Shown here piece after piece: positions 35,001 through 50,000 of a stretch of 64,000 nucleotides of DNA. The position numbers and the translations under genes are program-made. This DNA comes from Balanoglossus misakiensis (taxonomy: Eukaryota > Animalia > Hemichordata). The stretch covers positions 9,719,519-9,783,518 of the forward strand of contig CM082578.2 of the NCBI GenBank assembly GCA_040954595.2, given 5' to 3'. Each line of letters starts with the position of its first letter. Position 1 is the stretch's first letter. The notes under the pieces were generated by a model. That model searched no databases and was not told the origin of the DNA. It was given only the letters and a program-made list of their open reading frames with translations.

Positions 35001-38000
35001 GGGGGGTGGAACCTTTCCAGCAGCCGCCCTGTGAAGGAAGAGTTTCTTCTCCCCCGTTTTGTGAAGTGGGAGGAAGGGGGGGGGGGGGTGGGGTCGGATA
35101 ATATAATGTAGTAGAGTTGCAGAAGGCGGCGGTTGGTAGCTTTTTTTTTACAATGTACAAAGTTTTCAATCGTCCCAGCATGAACCTTTTGTGTTTTCTC
35201 CGTGGGTAATCTAACTGAGCAGAAGTTCCAGCAGCACAAAAGGGGGAAACATGGAAAGCTGAACAGCAGTTAACAACATCTTTCCGCCCTGTTTTCCTTT
35301 TTGTTTTGTTTCCTGTTGCGGGTCGTCATGGTGTATGCTCTGAATTGCGGGTTGACGCTCCGTTTTTTGGCCCACCGATTTTTTGCAACCTGAAAGAGGA
35401 AGCGAGAGGATGGGGATAAATCATGAGTGCATGATTGGAGGAGAGGGGGGGGGGGGGGGGTAAGGGTTCTAATAGTTCGCTCGTTTCCAGTGGCTGCCGA
35501 CTTAAGCATCTTGTGAATTCGCACACAAACACACACCAGAATGGAAAACGTTAAAAAATGCAGCGTGTGAATGGAGAGCCACTTCCTGAGTGACACCATC
35601 AACGGAGGTTAACAGGCTACCTACTTGAGACACACTGACAATCTTATGACTCACTCTCACACATCCAAATTTCACTCAATGATGCAAATCAACGTATTTC
35701 CATCGCTGATTTTTTTTTAGCCTCGAGTGTCAAGAACTCTCTCCGATTCTCTCTCTTTCTCTGACATCAGACATGGAAGTGATGCGCTTGTGTCAATGTA
35801 ATATTAAAGCAAGTATCCACTTGAGCTGACATATGTCCAACTCGCAAATCATTTCTCGTTTTGTTGTCTTTTCTCTCTCTCTGTCTCTCAAATATACAAC
35901 AGAGGTAGGGCGTAAGATGGGGGTCATTTACATAATAAAAGAAAGGGTTGTAGTGTACATCAGTTTGTCCCGGCGGTTAATTGGGCAGAAAATGGCAAGT
36001 CTCCATTGATGTGGGTCTCTTAGTTGCCATGACAACCTGAGAAGGCGGAATATCATCCTCCTTTCACACGGGGAGAGGGGGGGGGGAGAGATGACTGATC
36101 GGGAGCCGTAACGGATGCAGGCGCGCACCTTAACGTAACCATGCGAGAAAAATTCGAGTGCGGAGAGAGGGTTGTGTGGTGGTGTTTACGTGATGCAGAG
36201 ACACGCGTGTATCACTATGCGCACCCGGTTCTAAATTGCTTGCTAATCTGCGTCCGTCTGTCGTATGATTTCATAAGAATATCTCGGCTCTGCCACTTCT
36301 GGCACGTCACAGGCAACGCCTCATCTCATTGGTTTTATCGGTGTCTCAATTATAATAACTCATCTGAGATATTTGTGGTCTCACTGAAGACCAGGTGTGC
36401 GTGTGTGTAAATGAGCTACCTTTCAATCTGCCAGATTAAGCCTGCGCAAATGGCCGCACTGCTTGTGAACTTTCAACTTATTTTGATCGTTATGATATTT
36501 TCCTCTCTCTCTCATCCAGTGTGAAATGGGGGAGATTTCTTACTGAACCGTACCGATTTTCTAATCCCCGGGACAGCCAGTGGATGTTTAGAAACGAGTC
36601 AGTCAGAGAAAACTGGGTGATTCATGCAGGTGTCCCGTGTGCTTGGGGTCTGATGGTGTTTAGTAGATTGGCCATTAAGCACAACAGATTTGCAATCTTT
36701 CGCCATTTTGATAAGTCTTCCACAAGTGGACGTGATATTCACCTTGATGGGGGCGGACAACCTTCTCAAAGAGATTAGTTGAGTCATTAATCTGCTTTTC
36801 ATGTGGCCAAAAACTACACGTTGGCATTTGGAGGCTTATACACGTCTATCTGTAACTTCAGGTGCACACTCACACGCCAGACCTCACACACTGGCGGTTT
36901 CTTGTTATTTCGATTTCATCATGGCGGACAACTTTCAAAAAAGAGGGTTAATCACTCATTTAATCTATAACAGCTTAAAACCGCACGTTGCACCTGAGGT
37001 CCCTCTTTCCGCCTCTCCAGTGCACACCTTCAGGTGCAGATTTCTATACACAAGATGCCGACCAGATCGCCGTGGTCCACCCGTGCGTGGCCTGCCCATA
37101 CAAGGTGCGGGGTATCAGCGCACTTGTGTATTCACTAAGAAAACCTTGGCAGGGCAATATTAGAGGCCTGTGGGAGGAGTGAAGTTTTGCAATCCGTCCT
37201 TTGAGAATCACCGATGCATGATCCCCAACGCTCAATAGTTTCCGCAAATGAACTCGGGATGGCCAGAGGTATAGTCAGGTGTGCCCGAGAGTGCACAGGC
37301 TTCTTTCTCTCTCCTCCTCCTCGTCCCCTCTCTCTTATTCTCTCTCTCCATTAGGGTTGTTCTCCCCCCCTTTTGAGGCTATCTGTGCCAGATCAGCTAA
37401 AGAAAAAATAAAATAGCCACTTGATAGAGCAGCGCCAATTTGCGAAGTCTGAAGTGGGCTTCCATGCCAAGACGACATGAATGGCTCAAATCTGAAGTAT
37501 CATTTACAAAGCTGTGCAACGATTTGCCTAACAGTGGCTAGAAAATAGCTTCCAGTTCGTCAAAGACAGGCCTGTGTTCGATGCTGCATTTAAAGAGAAA
37601 ATCGCGCAAGGGGGAATGGTTGAAGTATTTCTGTGGAATTCTATTCCAGTAATGTTCATGAGACATAAAGTATTCAGCAGTGGTATTCATTTATATCATT
37701 TTATAAGTTGCTGGAAACATTGTCGTACTGATGCCACAAATCAGTCGGTTAATGACAGTGTCTGCTAAAAAGCCTCCGAGCTTTTTATTGAATAATCAAC
37801 GACTGGACAGAAAGAAGGGGTTACGCTTGTAGAGGGGTGACCCCATAAATCACCACCATCATACAACTGCTATATGTGGTGGCCCCCTGAATTAGCTGTT
37901 GAAATTCTCCTCGTTTAAGTGTCCCCCTTCCCGTCTCTGTCCAATTAATGGAAACAGTGGAATTACATGAAAATTACCACTAAAAATCCCCTCAATTGGA

Positions 38001-41000
38001 TTAGTGACATTTGCTGTGGAATTCTGAAAAGCAGTTGCGGAGAGAGGGGGGGTCTCCACAATTGCTGTTTTGGTAGTGGTCAGTCAGGCCACTGCCCTCG
38101 GCAAACCACTTCAAAAGTAAATATAATCACACACGCACACAAAAAAGAATGAATCCGGTTTTTATTTTTTCAGAGCTCTGCTCCGTGTTGTATTTGCTGT
38201 GGGACAAGTGGGTTGTAGTGCTAACTACTTCACACCAGGTGTTGCCGTATTAGGTAGATAAGGAACGCTTTTCAGTTTATTGCCACACACACAGATACCC
38301 TTCCAGTGAAATTGTGTGCGCCACAGTGCCCCGTGTTCGTTTGGTCAGTGGTCAGATACTCAGACCAATGAGGTTTCCTCCTAAGACATCTAAAATGAGA
38401 TTTCGAAGCAGAAGAAATCTTTGTGTGTTTTTATTTTTGTATTAAAAACAAGGGCTAGTTTACACCCCTGTTAGACAGGGAGCTGTGTGCCACAGATGTT
38501 TGGCTATACTTGCCTGCCAACAGCATATTTAACTGTTTGCCCGATAAAGTGGAACGGCAGTTTATAAGTAATCTGGGATTAAACGCGATAAAGCTTGTTG
38601 ATAACTTCACACCCCCGTCAATGCGGTCTTTCTTTCTCTATTAACGGCTGCTGGGACCACAATTCGGGGTCCACTATTGCCCGTCTGTTCGCCGTGTGTG
38701 AAACACCTATTGATCTGTTGTCACCAATTTACCCGTCCACAATGCGTTGCGCTTCGACGCATTGAAATCAAGGTATGTGTGATCGCCTCCAATGCCCCGC
38801 TTGCTGTCCCCCCAAATCTGTCCTTTTGTTCGAGGTGTTTGCTCAGGATAAACTCTGCACACCTTTTGTGTGTCTGAAGGTCCGTTCTTCGACATTGGGT
38901 TTATCAGCACGTACAGCGAACCTGGATCAGAAAAAAAGCGACCCAACACTTTTTGTCGCCCGCGACCGAGGTACCGGAATGGACTGGGTTGTCTGAGTTA
39001 CGTACTGGGAGGGTTCGAAGGCGTCCTAAAGTACCTGCTATTGAAACGGGGCTCGGCAATCGAACATAGTTGCATTGTTCCTCTCACAGAATGATTTAAA
39101 TTGGTTTGACGGGAATATGGCTTTTTGACAAGGGAAGTGTGCTGGGAGGTGTTTTTTTCAGAGGCGTGAGCGGTAGCAGAGTTTCGTATCAGCGCCGGGG
39201 CTTTCTTCGCTAATCATCACGTATTCGCATCACATCTGATCCTCATCACTAAGCCAGGGCTCCTCCGTTGCCATAGCGACTGATATCTGGTGTTATCGTG
39301 TTGTTCTGACGTTCCCATATTGTCGGGAGAACCCACGTTGAGAGTAATTTTCATGAGAACACACCGCACTCCCCCCCCCTCCATTCCTCCAATCGACCAA
39401 TTACCGTGCTTTTCATTATGCATGCGTGATACAAGTAGTTGATGGATCGCTGAAAATTTCCGCTTTGGAATTGTCCCGGTTTACACGCATCTATACCGTA
39501 CCGGATGAAGTGTAGACTCTTTTTCTCGACAATTTAGTACAAACGTAAACACATATGGCAAGTATTGGTGTGTGAATACCTGAGCTTCTCACCCTTGCAA
39601 GCTGATTACGCTCTCTGACGTGCATGGGCGCGAAACCGTCCCTTTGAAAAAGAGCTTCACAAGTTTATCGGTCACTCAGCTGTGGAGTGGACACAGGTTA
39701 CACAAGTGTGGCACTTCAGATCCACTCGTCCTTTCTTGAAGTTTAATTTTTGCGAAACCACTCGTAAAAAGTGTACAAGAATATTTTTGGCTAAAAGCAA
39801 ATGGACAAAGTAATAGAACGTCCCCTCATTATCGATCCAATATTCTCTTTGACTGGTCATCGACCCAATATTCTAAAAAAGCTTAATTTTATCCGACAAT
39901 TTTAAATTGTAATTACATTATAAGACATAAATTTTCGTTAAAAAGTCGTGTTTTATGATATCCTTCTGTTATTGTATCATTTCTTTCAGAATTTTTACTA
40001 TTTGTGGATATTTTTGCCTAAAATTGAACACAACCACTCACCGTGGTATTATTTCATCGAAATGATAAAAAACATGAACCAGCTGGGGATAAGTGAAGTC
40101 ATACCCCCCCCCCCCTCCACCATTGATAACAGAGAACCCGTTTGTACAAAATGTCGAGTCAGCAGCTTTTTTGCACCCTTCTGGTCATTCTTGCTTTTGC
40201 CAAGTAGAATACGGTACCCTTATATAGTTTATTGGCAATAATTTATTTAATGAGGTGTGATACTCATAAGTACTTGAGATATAACAATGCACACTCAATT
40301 TATTTTTCATCGATCATACACACGGAAAGGGTGAGTTCAGTAACTTTCGATGTTTGTTTTATTGTTTAATCACCTGTCGATACTGCATTGTTTCTTGTTT
40401 GACTCTATAAAGCGTGTTGAAGCTCGCTACTCGACCTGTGCCTCCACCACGCCCCGTGTGCATGTCTAGGATAAACAGCGTTTGTATTTCTGTGTTTGTG
40501 TGTGTGTGGGGGGGGGGGTGTCTGTAGCTCCGACCATCAACGTGTGCTTGCAAGACACTACATCACAATTCTGAGACCCCCCCCCCCCCCACGCTATACG
40601 CTGCTTGAAGACTGGAACGATTGAGCACACACTTTGTCGAGTAGTTCAGCAGTATTACGTTTCAACACGTAACAAGAATACCCCACATGTCAATAGTACA
40701 CTGGTGTTACTTCTGTCTCTTGTAATATCTGCAAGATAGCTGCACTGATAAAGATAGTCGGTCTATGGTTCATTCCCGCCATCCGTGCAGCTCGTGGTCT
40801 ACACTTCTGCTGGTGGGCCAATCGAGGAGCACGCACATGCGCACATAGGCTACTCCAACGATTTTAACTCCGTGTCTCTGTGATTTATGTGTGCAGATGT
40901 ACAAAGTATTCGGCAACTCAAATTGAGTTTTGCTGTTACGGTTAGTAAAGCCATTAGCTGCTACTAAGTTGACCTGTTACCACGCCCACTGTGCACCAGT

Positions 41001-44000
41001 TTTCCACAGTTGTCGAAACTTTACTCGGCTCCTACACGCAAATATTGCCTTGACCACAATCCTTCCACTGTGTTGATGGACCGTGCTTTGCCCAATCCTT
41101 TCGACTTGTGTCAAAGTTTCGTTATGAAAAATATAAAAACCATAATGGACCTCGACCAATCTCTCTTCTTGATCGTTCAGTTGCTACGATTCTATGACAC
41201 GACTTACTACGTAGTAATGTACCTGGCGAAAGTTCATCTTCGGCAACTGGGCAGAGGGAGAAAGATGAGAGTCAACCATGTCCCGTCCGTCAAATTTTCT
41301 GTCCGTGAACTTTGGAGTCGCTAAAATAACCCAAACAGTTTTCAACTGTTGTTTTCAAGTTGGCGTCGACTCTCACAAGTCACGTTTCTCGGCTTGAGTT
41401 TGTCTCAGGCGGACGGGCAGCTTTTTGATGAGTGAGTAACGGCGACATTCGAACTCTCCATCGGTCAAAGCATCGTTGGCTGCGGAGGAGGACGCGGCAT
41501 GGTAACATTGCATGGGATTTAGGTTTAGAATCAGAAATTGAAGGCCAATTCAATGGCTGGAAATGTTCTTTCTGAAAGGGATACATCTTATTTCGTTTGG
41601 CCAAGTGGTTTTGACAAACACGCCGTTTGGTCAGGTTGTCTTGACATTCACCATTTCGAGGTACAGAATGTCACACAGTTTAAACTTGTTCAAGTTTTGC
41701 TGATGTCGCCTACAGCATTCAACTGATGAGGTGTCGTGCGTCATCGTTACCGTAAAAGGGGTAACGATGTTTTTGCGACCAACTTCATTATGCATCACAA
41801 TTTTATGTATGCGACGTAAAATATTTTAAAACAAAAAAGTTATCACGAGCCAAAAGTGTCCAACTACAAAGCAAAATTGTATCGCTAATTAGCGGCATTT
41901 TTGTCAAAAACAAAACACGCATGCTGCTTATAGACATGTTCGTACCGGCGCACTTTGATGAATGGAGAATAAAAGATTTTCAAGGTGTCGTAACTCGTCG
42001 TAACGCGCCAGGTGTGAGTATTCTAAAAAGTGTACGTATCGCTTCCGTTCAACTATCACACATCGATTTCCGTATTATGCTTGAATTAAGGCATGTTTTC
42101 ACACTCTTGCTATTGTCTGCTTAAAAAGCCATGAATACCATTCAACAATAAATTAATTGAATTGCAGCTGAATTATAAAACGATGATCAATTAATGTTGT
42201 TTTCAGAAATAGAGCGGATTCTTCCACGCGATCATCATATTCCCCCCCCCCCGGAAAGTTTAGGTAAGTTTCTCGAACTGACAGAAAACTCTGGAAACTT
42301 CAATCGACGCTGATGTTGACGATGTAAACGGGATACCGAGTTACATGTACAGCTTGTTCTGAAGTTACTGTCATCAATACCGGGAGTCAAATTATCCCTT
42401 CATTTATATTTAGACGAGGATAAAAAAAAAAGAAAATCTACTCGACCGCATACTGAAACGGTTTGCAGCGGTTTGATGGCTCGCACGTGTTAGTCATTGG
42501 CAGACTTTTCCCGTCGGACAGTAATTTTGGCAATCGTGTGATGTTTCTGCACGTGGTTAAGATCGGCTTCTTCGGTTTCTGTTTTCGCCCCAACATGTGT
42601 GATCGAAATAGCGGTTGCGTGTTGCGTGCCTTTTTAGGGGGTAGCTTTTCAGTGATCCACGCACGGTTATGTTATATGTGATTTGTGGGGCTGAAATTTT
42701 AAAATAAGGAGAGGGGGAGGGAAGAAGAGAGGGGGGGGGGGGGCAAAGCGAGTCTCACACGCACACAAACAGTGAGAAACGCAATTAATTATTTCCGTGC
42801 TGAAATGATCATATTCAGAAATGCATAAAATAGTTTCACGTTCCACATATTGTCGCTTGAACTTGTCGGTCTGCAGGGAATTTAACTGACATTACGACTC
42901 ACAAAAGGTAGTCTGCGCTAATCGACTTTCGCGTATTTTTCCCGCAGTCACCCCGCAAATCGTGATAGTATCTTTTCTCTGCAAATCCCCCAGTGATTCG
43001 TGAGGTATAGGCAAAGTTTGCACAGGAATTGATATTAGGGGAGGGAGTTTATTTTGGCTATTAGAAAACGTGTAGTCATTCGTTGTCAGCAAGCCCAAAA
43101 CTCTGCGGGGAATTTTTTTCTCACAATTTGTCCTCTTGGGACATTCCTTCCCGGGTTCCCGTGTCATCGGGATCCGGGGGCTTAATTTAAGTGGATTATA
43201 TTTGTGGGCCGTCCCATCGCCGGTCGGCGACAGGGCTATGGAAATCATTCGCGGAGGGGGCGGCCAGCAAATTAATATGCCATAGCTTCATGGTTGATTG
43301 GGCTTGCACAAGACACGAGTAGTCCGGCCCACTTTTCTATTCGTACGCCACAACTTTCTTTTGTACGGGGTGTTCTAAATAGGCGGCGATAAACACTCTC
43401 CCACAATCGCGACAGATCCGCACCACTGCCTCTGATGGAATGGTCTTTTTTTATCTTGGCGAACGCACACACCACACACACACAAATGTGTTGCTTATTA
43501 AGCTGTGTCCAAGGGGTTGCTGTGTGACTTCACCTGACTGTTCTCTCTCGCGCGGTGGGAAACGCACACGGCATCAGCAACAATTAGCAAGCGGGTTCCT
43601 AATTGAGGTGCCTGCGACCGAAACCTCGTAATTTGGTTGTTTATTGCCCACCTTTATAATTGGTATCAACAGACAAATTATCCCCAGTCATCAATCACTG
43701 CACACCACGATTGGTGGATCGAATTCACTGGAGGAATTCACAGCATCGTTCGAACAGTCAATCAAAACATTTGAGCCAACAACTTGAGACTGGGGGCATC
43801 AGATCAGCTCCAGCCACCGATAGGAACCATCCGTTCGGCTCTGTGTATGACGGCAGCTGATTTACCTGTCTGGTACCCAAGATTATTCATTTTTTCCAGA
43901 AGACTTGTGTTTTTTTACGACTGCTATAAAACCGCCGGGAACTTCCAAAGTCGATCTATAGTCCTGGCTTCATTTCTGGAGGTAAGTCGACTGTGGTCTA

Positions 44001-47000
44001 CGCTCTCTACTCTCGATTTTCACCACGTATATGCGTGAATATTTTCATGAACTTCGGGTGCCTAAGGTTTCTGTCTAGACTATCTGTGGTGTTCAAGTTG
44101 CGTAGCCTGAGGACAGTGCTACAGACCGGTTGCGGAGACTCGCGGGGTTTACCATGTAGCGTTGTCGGCTGAAAAGTTTCTCGGCAAAACTTTGTCCGCA
44201 CTCGAAACTTTTCAACAATTTGTGCATCTATAATTATTTATAGTTCATACATTTATCGTGTTCTTATCCCGCAATCGCAAGGATTCAGTGCCCCCACCCA
44301 CCCATCCACGCTGTACCAACTTAAACAGCGTGTATCACATATTTTACCGCAATCATCAAATTTTGCCACTCTCCACTATCGCCGACGGACTGCGCCAGAT
44401 ATTAATAATCTGTTCGGACTTCCCATTTTGGAAACGCAGTAGCGACTTTAAAAAATGTCTATCCCCACTGGCCTGAAAATCTTTTCATTACTGCGATCGA
44501 TACTTATGGTAATAAGACAGGACCCTCGTCTCAACTATAGCTTGGAGCAAAGTCCACGGTAGGTTTTGTAGCCGAAGGCAACCCGGTCGGATAGAGGGGT
44601 GTAATAGTTATGGAAGGCGGACTCAGTAGCTTTGGTGCGTTCGTGTACAGCCTTATGAGGACGTCCCAGCACGACTCCCATCACCGAATGTTTAGCTTGA
44701 ACTCAACATTCACCCTACCCGGTGATTAATGCTTGTCGGTTAAATTGAGTCCCTCGTTGTTTTTCAAGCACACACTCTCACGTTCCCATGCGCTGCTCCA
44801 GAAGTCGAAACGGGGGCATTTGCCCGATTAGGGTCAATCCAGTATTCATCCCGGCAACTTTAATTATCCCCGCCGTTACAAAACGGCAAACACGTTCGTT
44901 AGCTTTTTAGATGATTAGCAACGGTGTATGCAGACGTGTCAATTTGCTGACTCCCGATCTTTCTATCTCTCGGGAACACGCGGGTTGGAAATGTGACACT
45001 GCAAGAATGACGATGAGCCTGTATAGACGGCAAAGTTCCCCTATCTGTCCGATACGATACTTTTCAACGTTTGATATTTTTCTAAGATTGGCATTTTGTC
45101 ATCGTGTTTTTATCTTCTTCAATGCTTTAAAAATGCTTTTCCGTTTAATCAAGTATGTCACGTTAGCGTTATAAATGGTCCCAAAGCTGACGTCTGGCGA
45201 TAAAACATGCTAGAAGTGTTTATGTGTTTACACTGCAGATAATTGATACCGTGTTATCTGCACTCGAACCCCCCAATATTTTAACACGCGGGCCGTTTGG
45301 CGAGGGATGGGTAACCACGAGAGATTCTTCACCAGGGCGACGCCATGATAGCTGTAACGAGGTGTGCAAGTGTTTCAGGAGTCAAAAGGTGTGTGTGTAG
45401 TTTGAAGGGGGACCCGCCATAGAAGCGACCGTCTGCACGAGTTCAGTTGTAAGAAGCTAAGGGCTCCTCGGAGCTGAAACGGGCGCAAGTGGTGGGGGAA
45501 AAGAAGTCAGAAGAATTATGGATTTACGGGTCGATTCTGTTTGGCCTTTCAACACCTAAGTGGAAATTTGCAAACATATGGCCTTGGGTGTGAATGGGGA
45601 GGGGCTAAATATTCACTGTGGAAACTACACATTTGCTTTCCTGAAAGAAGCATCATTACCCAATATGGACGGTTTGGGCCACACAATGGCCACCAGTGTG
45701 AAGAAAATCGAAGGCCATTGAAAAGACGATTTTGTCGTCGCCCCATTGCATGCCCCGGCACTTTTGTCTTCCGTCGACCGATATGTCCCACGCAATCAGA
45801 CGTTTTTTCGCGATCTGCCTACAGCATATAAACCCTGTCAGTCCTCCAGTTAGGGCGCTTTACACGCGATAAACGTTTGGGTAATTGATTAATGACCAGT
45901 TTCGTACGTCCTCGACTCTTGCCGTTTCCGTACATCCCCGGGGGTCACCCCTAGAGTTTGCCCTCGCTCGACCGCGGCTGCAACTGTGTACGCCCCGGAG
46001 CCCCGGCAGTAAAGCCCCGTCGTTAATTTCGCCCAGGAAGTAGTCCTGTGTGATCGCTGGACACGTTGCCGCAAAATCCGTTTGAAATGAACTTGCGTAA
46101 CTCGCAGATGAGCGAACAGATGTCCGATAAATGCATTAGTCGTTTTCTAGGTGACCGTCTCTGTTATTCACACACAACGTATTAAGGTACGGTTGAAAGT
46201 TCAAAATCTCACTGGTGCATGCTATTGTGCTGGTGAATTTCACGGGGAGGGGAGGTGGGGGAGAGAGAAAATGCGCAAAATGCAGTGATAAATTGAGTGT
46301 TACCCCGTGCGCGACTCTGGGTATCGAGTTAGAGGGAAAGTTGAATTCAATTAGCCAATTTCCCGAGATATAATGCTTGTCAGTCAGGGGAATTAGGACG
46401 ATACTTTAATGAGCGGGGTATTTGTCACCTTCGATTAGCGCGGCGTTAATTGGCGACAGAGAACGTCAAGTGGCTTTTTGCCCCCGCACTGGATCTGTTC
46501 GTCAGTTACAACACGCCAAGCTCCCCAACACGCCCGCCTGACCAGACACCCTCCAGAAAATCTTCAGGGTGCTCCAGAGAAGGGCCGTAAAAGTACTCGA
46601 AACCCTCTGAACGCGTTAAAATCGAGCAGAAACCTCTCACTGTGTAGGAAAGACAGGGTTCTCCAAACGTGTTTATGTGCGAACGATACATCTTAAATGC
46701 AGCTAATCAAAAAGCGTTTGAAAAGATATTCATCCGGAGTGAAAGGACCATTCATTGACAAATCTTCGTCATTGTCTGCTGTTTATTGTACTTGTAGGGT
46801 TTCGGCGGGAAAGGTGGTGGTAGTCTGCACGCCCAGTTGCATAAAGGAATTCACACCGATATATTCATTAAGGAATGCATGTGGTCCCCGAACGACCCAA
46901 ACAAAGGGATTAGAAAGGTTTGCTTTTGCAATTCGCGAATTGCATTGTGCATCACGTTTTAGGGGTAAATATAAGTGATACCGACACACAGATAACGGTC

Positions 47001-50000
47001 TTCTCCAATGGTCCGATCGAAATCCTTTCATCAGCTGTGGGAGAAAATGCGCATTAGAAAATAAAATTATATTAAGGGCTCCCTTATCCAGTTGTCGTGT
47101 GGGTCGCACTCATTATTGATTGCGCAAACGCGTGAAAATTAATTACTCGTAGTGTAAACCTTTGTCAGAAGCGAGAAAAAGAGGTCGGAATTGGTGACGT
47201 CTTATTATTGACTTCAATTGTAAACGGAAGCTACCCTTATCAAACATTTGTTCGGTAGGTGTCGACCCGGCTACACCTGAAATGGTTTCGCCCTAGTCCT
47301 AGTCCCTCCATCACTGTGCACATCACTGAGAACCGAATCCGAACGCACGTCGGTTGATTCGATTTCGAAGGTGCGTTAAAGATGGTGGGAATGTTTTCCG
47401 AGGGAAATTGATTGGATTTGTGGCGTGTGTGTGGGTAAAGCTTCTCACACCGGAGCTCGTCCTCAACCGACCACCTCCCACGAAAACAGGCGAAGACAAA
47501 CGGGCATGTTTGTTTGGGGATGTGAAAATTCAATACAGTAATATTTACTCTCAGCTCGATGGGATCAACAGCGTTATTGAGCGAGTGAACGGCTTTCATT
47601 CGACGAGAAGTCCGCCTTTCAGAGCGATCAAGCTTTGTGGTCGTGTGGTACGTACAGAGTGTGTCGCCGATATAAAAAAAAACGCGCTATAGGACTGTAC
47701 TGTCTACAGCGCCACGGACACTCACAACGCGAATCTGCAGGTTTGGAACGGTGTGTGTCCCCGTACGGTATCATCACAGATAGCGAGGCACAGAGGTGAG
47801 GGTTTAATTGTACAGGTGTCAGTTCGCATATCAATGAGCTGAGAGAAAACAAACTCGTGAATATTACAAAAGTTTATTCGATTGTAATAGATTACCCTGA
47901 ACATACTCCCCGCGACTTAATACAGGCTGTCTATCGCACACTGACGGAGTCTGTCCATGTACCAGCGTTGAAATCACCTTGGTAAGGTATTACAGCTATG
48001 TTTATAATTCAAGTGTCGTGTCGATCACTTTAATTTCGAAACAGACACTGGCAGACATGATGTAACAGAGATTTGCAGTTTTCTCCCTTCGGGTATACGG
48101 CGCTCGCTCCGAGGCCAAGCAGACGGTATATTTTAAGTCGGGTCTCTACACTGTTTAAGCCCGAACGAGCGAAATGCGTGTTTCAACGTTGCGCGAGAAA
48201 AAAATGGCTTCACCTGAGAGTGCGGGTGTTTTACTTGTGCAATACTGTCGTCATGCCTATAACCTGTGTATGTCAGAATACATCTCTCGGGACTGCGTCT
48301 AAACATTTTGGTTTTGACCCCTGTCGATTAGAGGGAATTCGAGAGGACGTTGGAAGGGCCGGGCCCTCGCCCCGCTGTTTGAACAGTCTGCCTGCCATCT
48401 GCATTGAGTTGGCGACTACATTTTTACCCAGTGTCCGTGGCATCCGCGGCTTATTCATCTTAATTGGGTCTTAGTCCAGTGCGTGATAGATGTGAACAAG
48501 TTTGAACTGTGACCGCTGTAAAGGCACAACAGTTAGAATTTAAACAGCTTCCGTTCGTTCGCACAAACAGCCGACTGAGGCTATAGTGACAGTCTGTTTT
48601 TGAAGAGCCGAAAACGGTTTTCCCGGCGATCAAACTTGTTCAATCGCAGTTTTTTTACGCTGCGTAGTTTTTTTTAACATATGGTGTGTGTGAAACCGTG
48701 CGGGTGCTGATGATTTCGTGTTGTTCGGGCAATGCAACGTATCACACCATCGTAACCTATCGCGGTCGATTACTAGCAAAGCTCGTTGTCTGACACCAAA
48801 ATGAATGATTCGTGCTCAATCTCTCGATGGGCACGTAGCGCCCGTTAACAACTCAGACCCACACTGTCAAGCTGCGCCTCTGTCCGCGTAACAGGTGAAG
48901 TACTCTTTAGTGAAGAAAAGGCACGCCATTAGTGCCGCACAGCACGTCCCGACGGTTGGTGAAAAAAAACCCGGCCAAACCGGGGAACACTTGAATTGAA
49001 GCCATAAATCCCCGCACCAAACGTGCTGTCACCTTTCCACACATTGTGATCGGAAACGAACACGGAAAATTGACAACAAAGCCCTGTTATTTCACTATAC
49101 TATCTCATTCTGTATCTTGGCCGATTTTTTCCAGTCGATTTAACAAGCTGAAAATGGTGGTCGCAAATCGAACCGCGGACCCTTTCATTGTGCGCTGATT
49201 CGCCCCCATTCTCCTCCGCTGACCCAGAATGATTTGTTTTTATGTAACATCAACAGTTTAAAAAAATTAAACGGTGTGTTCACTTCGACTTTGAACGACT
49301 GGTTATTTTCTCTGGGGATCTATCGCATTTTGTGTTTCAGTGCGAAAAACGTCCACTTCAAGTTGGGGTCTACGCCATACAGGGGGGACACTTGTCACAA
49401 GTTTTTAAAGACATTCTGATAGTTTGTTATCACGGCCATACGATGACATTGAAATTTCTAAAACGAAGGTCATTAGAGTTCATGCCCAAGGTTACTGCGA
49501 GGAAGATTTTCGCAGTGAACTTTAAGCCATCGGAAGTGAGCGCGAAACTATGATGACAAAACTAATAGGTCACGGTCACAGTTTTCTCGAGGGGTTGCGT
49601 CGGTAAGGTTGTAACTTCGAGATTTTACAGAATAGTTCACATATTCGTTTTTTTAAAGTGCCATCAGATAAAAAAGAATTAAATTAATTAGTTGCTTTCG
49701 CTCGCATATCGAACATGGTACTGAGATCACCTTCTGAACTTTTCATGGTACGGTTATGTCTCAAAGATGTTTCTAATTCGCTATAAAATCGCCTGTATTT
49801 TCTATAGTAATAATACCTCACTGTTGCATTTTTACATCAAGTTTTATGAATTATTTGTTATATTGTTATTTTTATAGCATTTTAAATTTAAGTTAAATAC
49901 AGAATTAACTCCCGTATTGCAGAGTTGTCTTAGGTATCTTTAAAAAGTGGAGTTGTGTAGGTCTATACCTAAAATGCATTACATGTAAAATTGTAGTTCG

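Noticed and set aside
41723-41775. CTGATGAG next to a hairpin, suggesting a hammerhead ribozyme or bacterial terminator
   Set aside because: There is no GAAA core closing stem II or matching stems I/III, and intrinsic terminators are not meaningful in this eukaryotic context.
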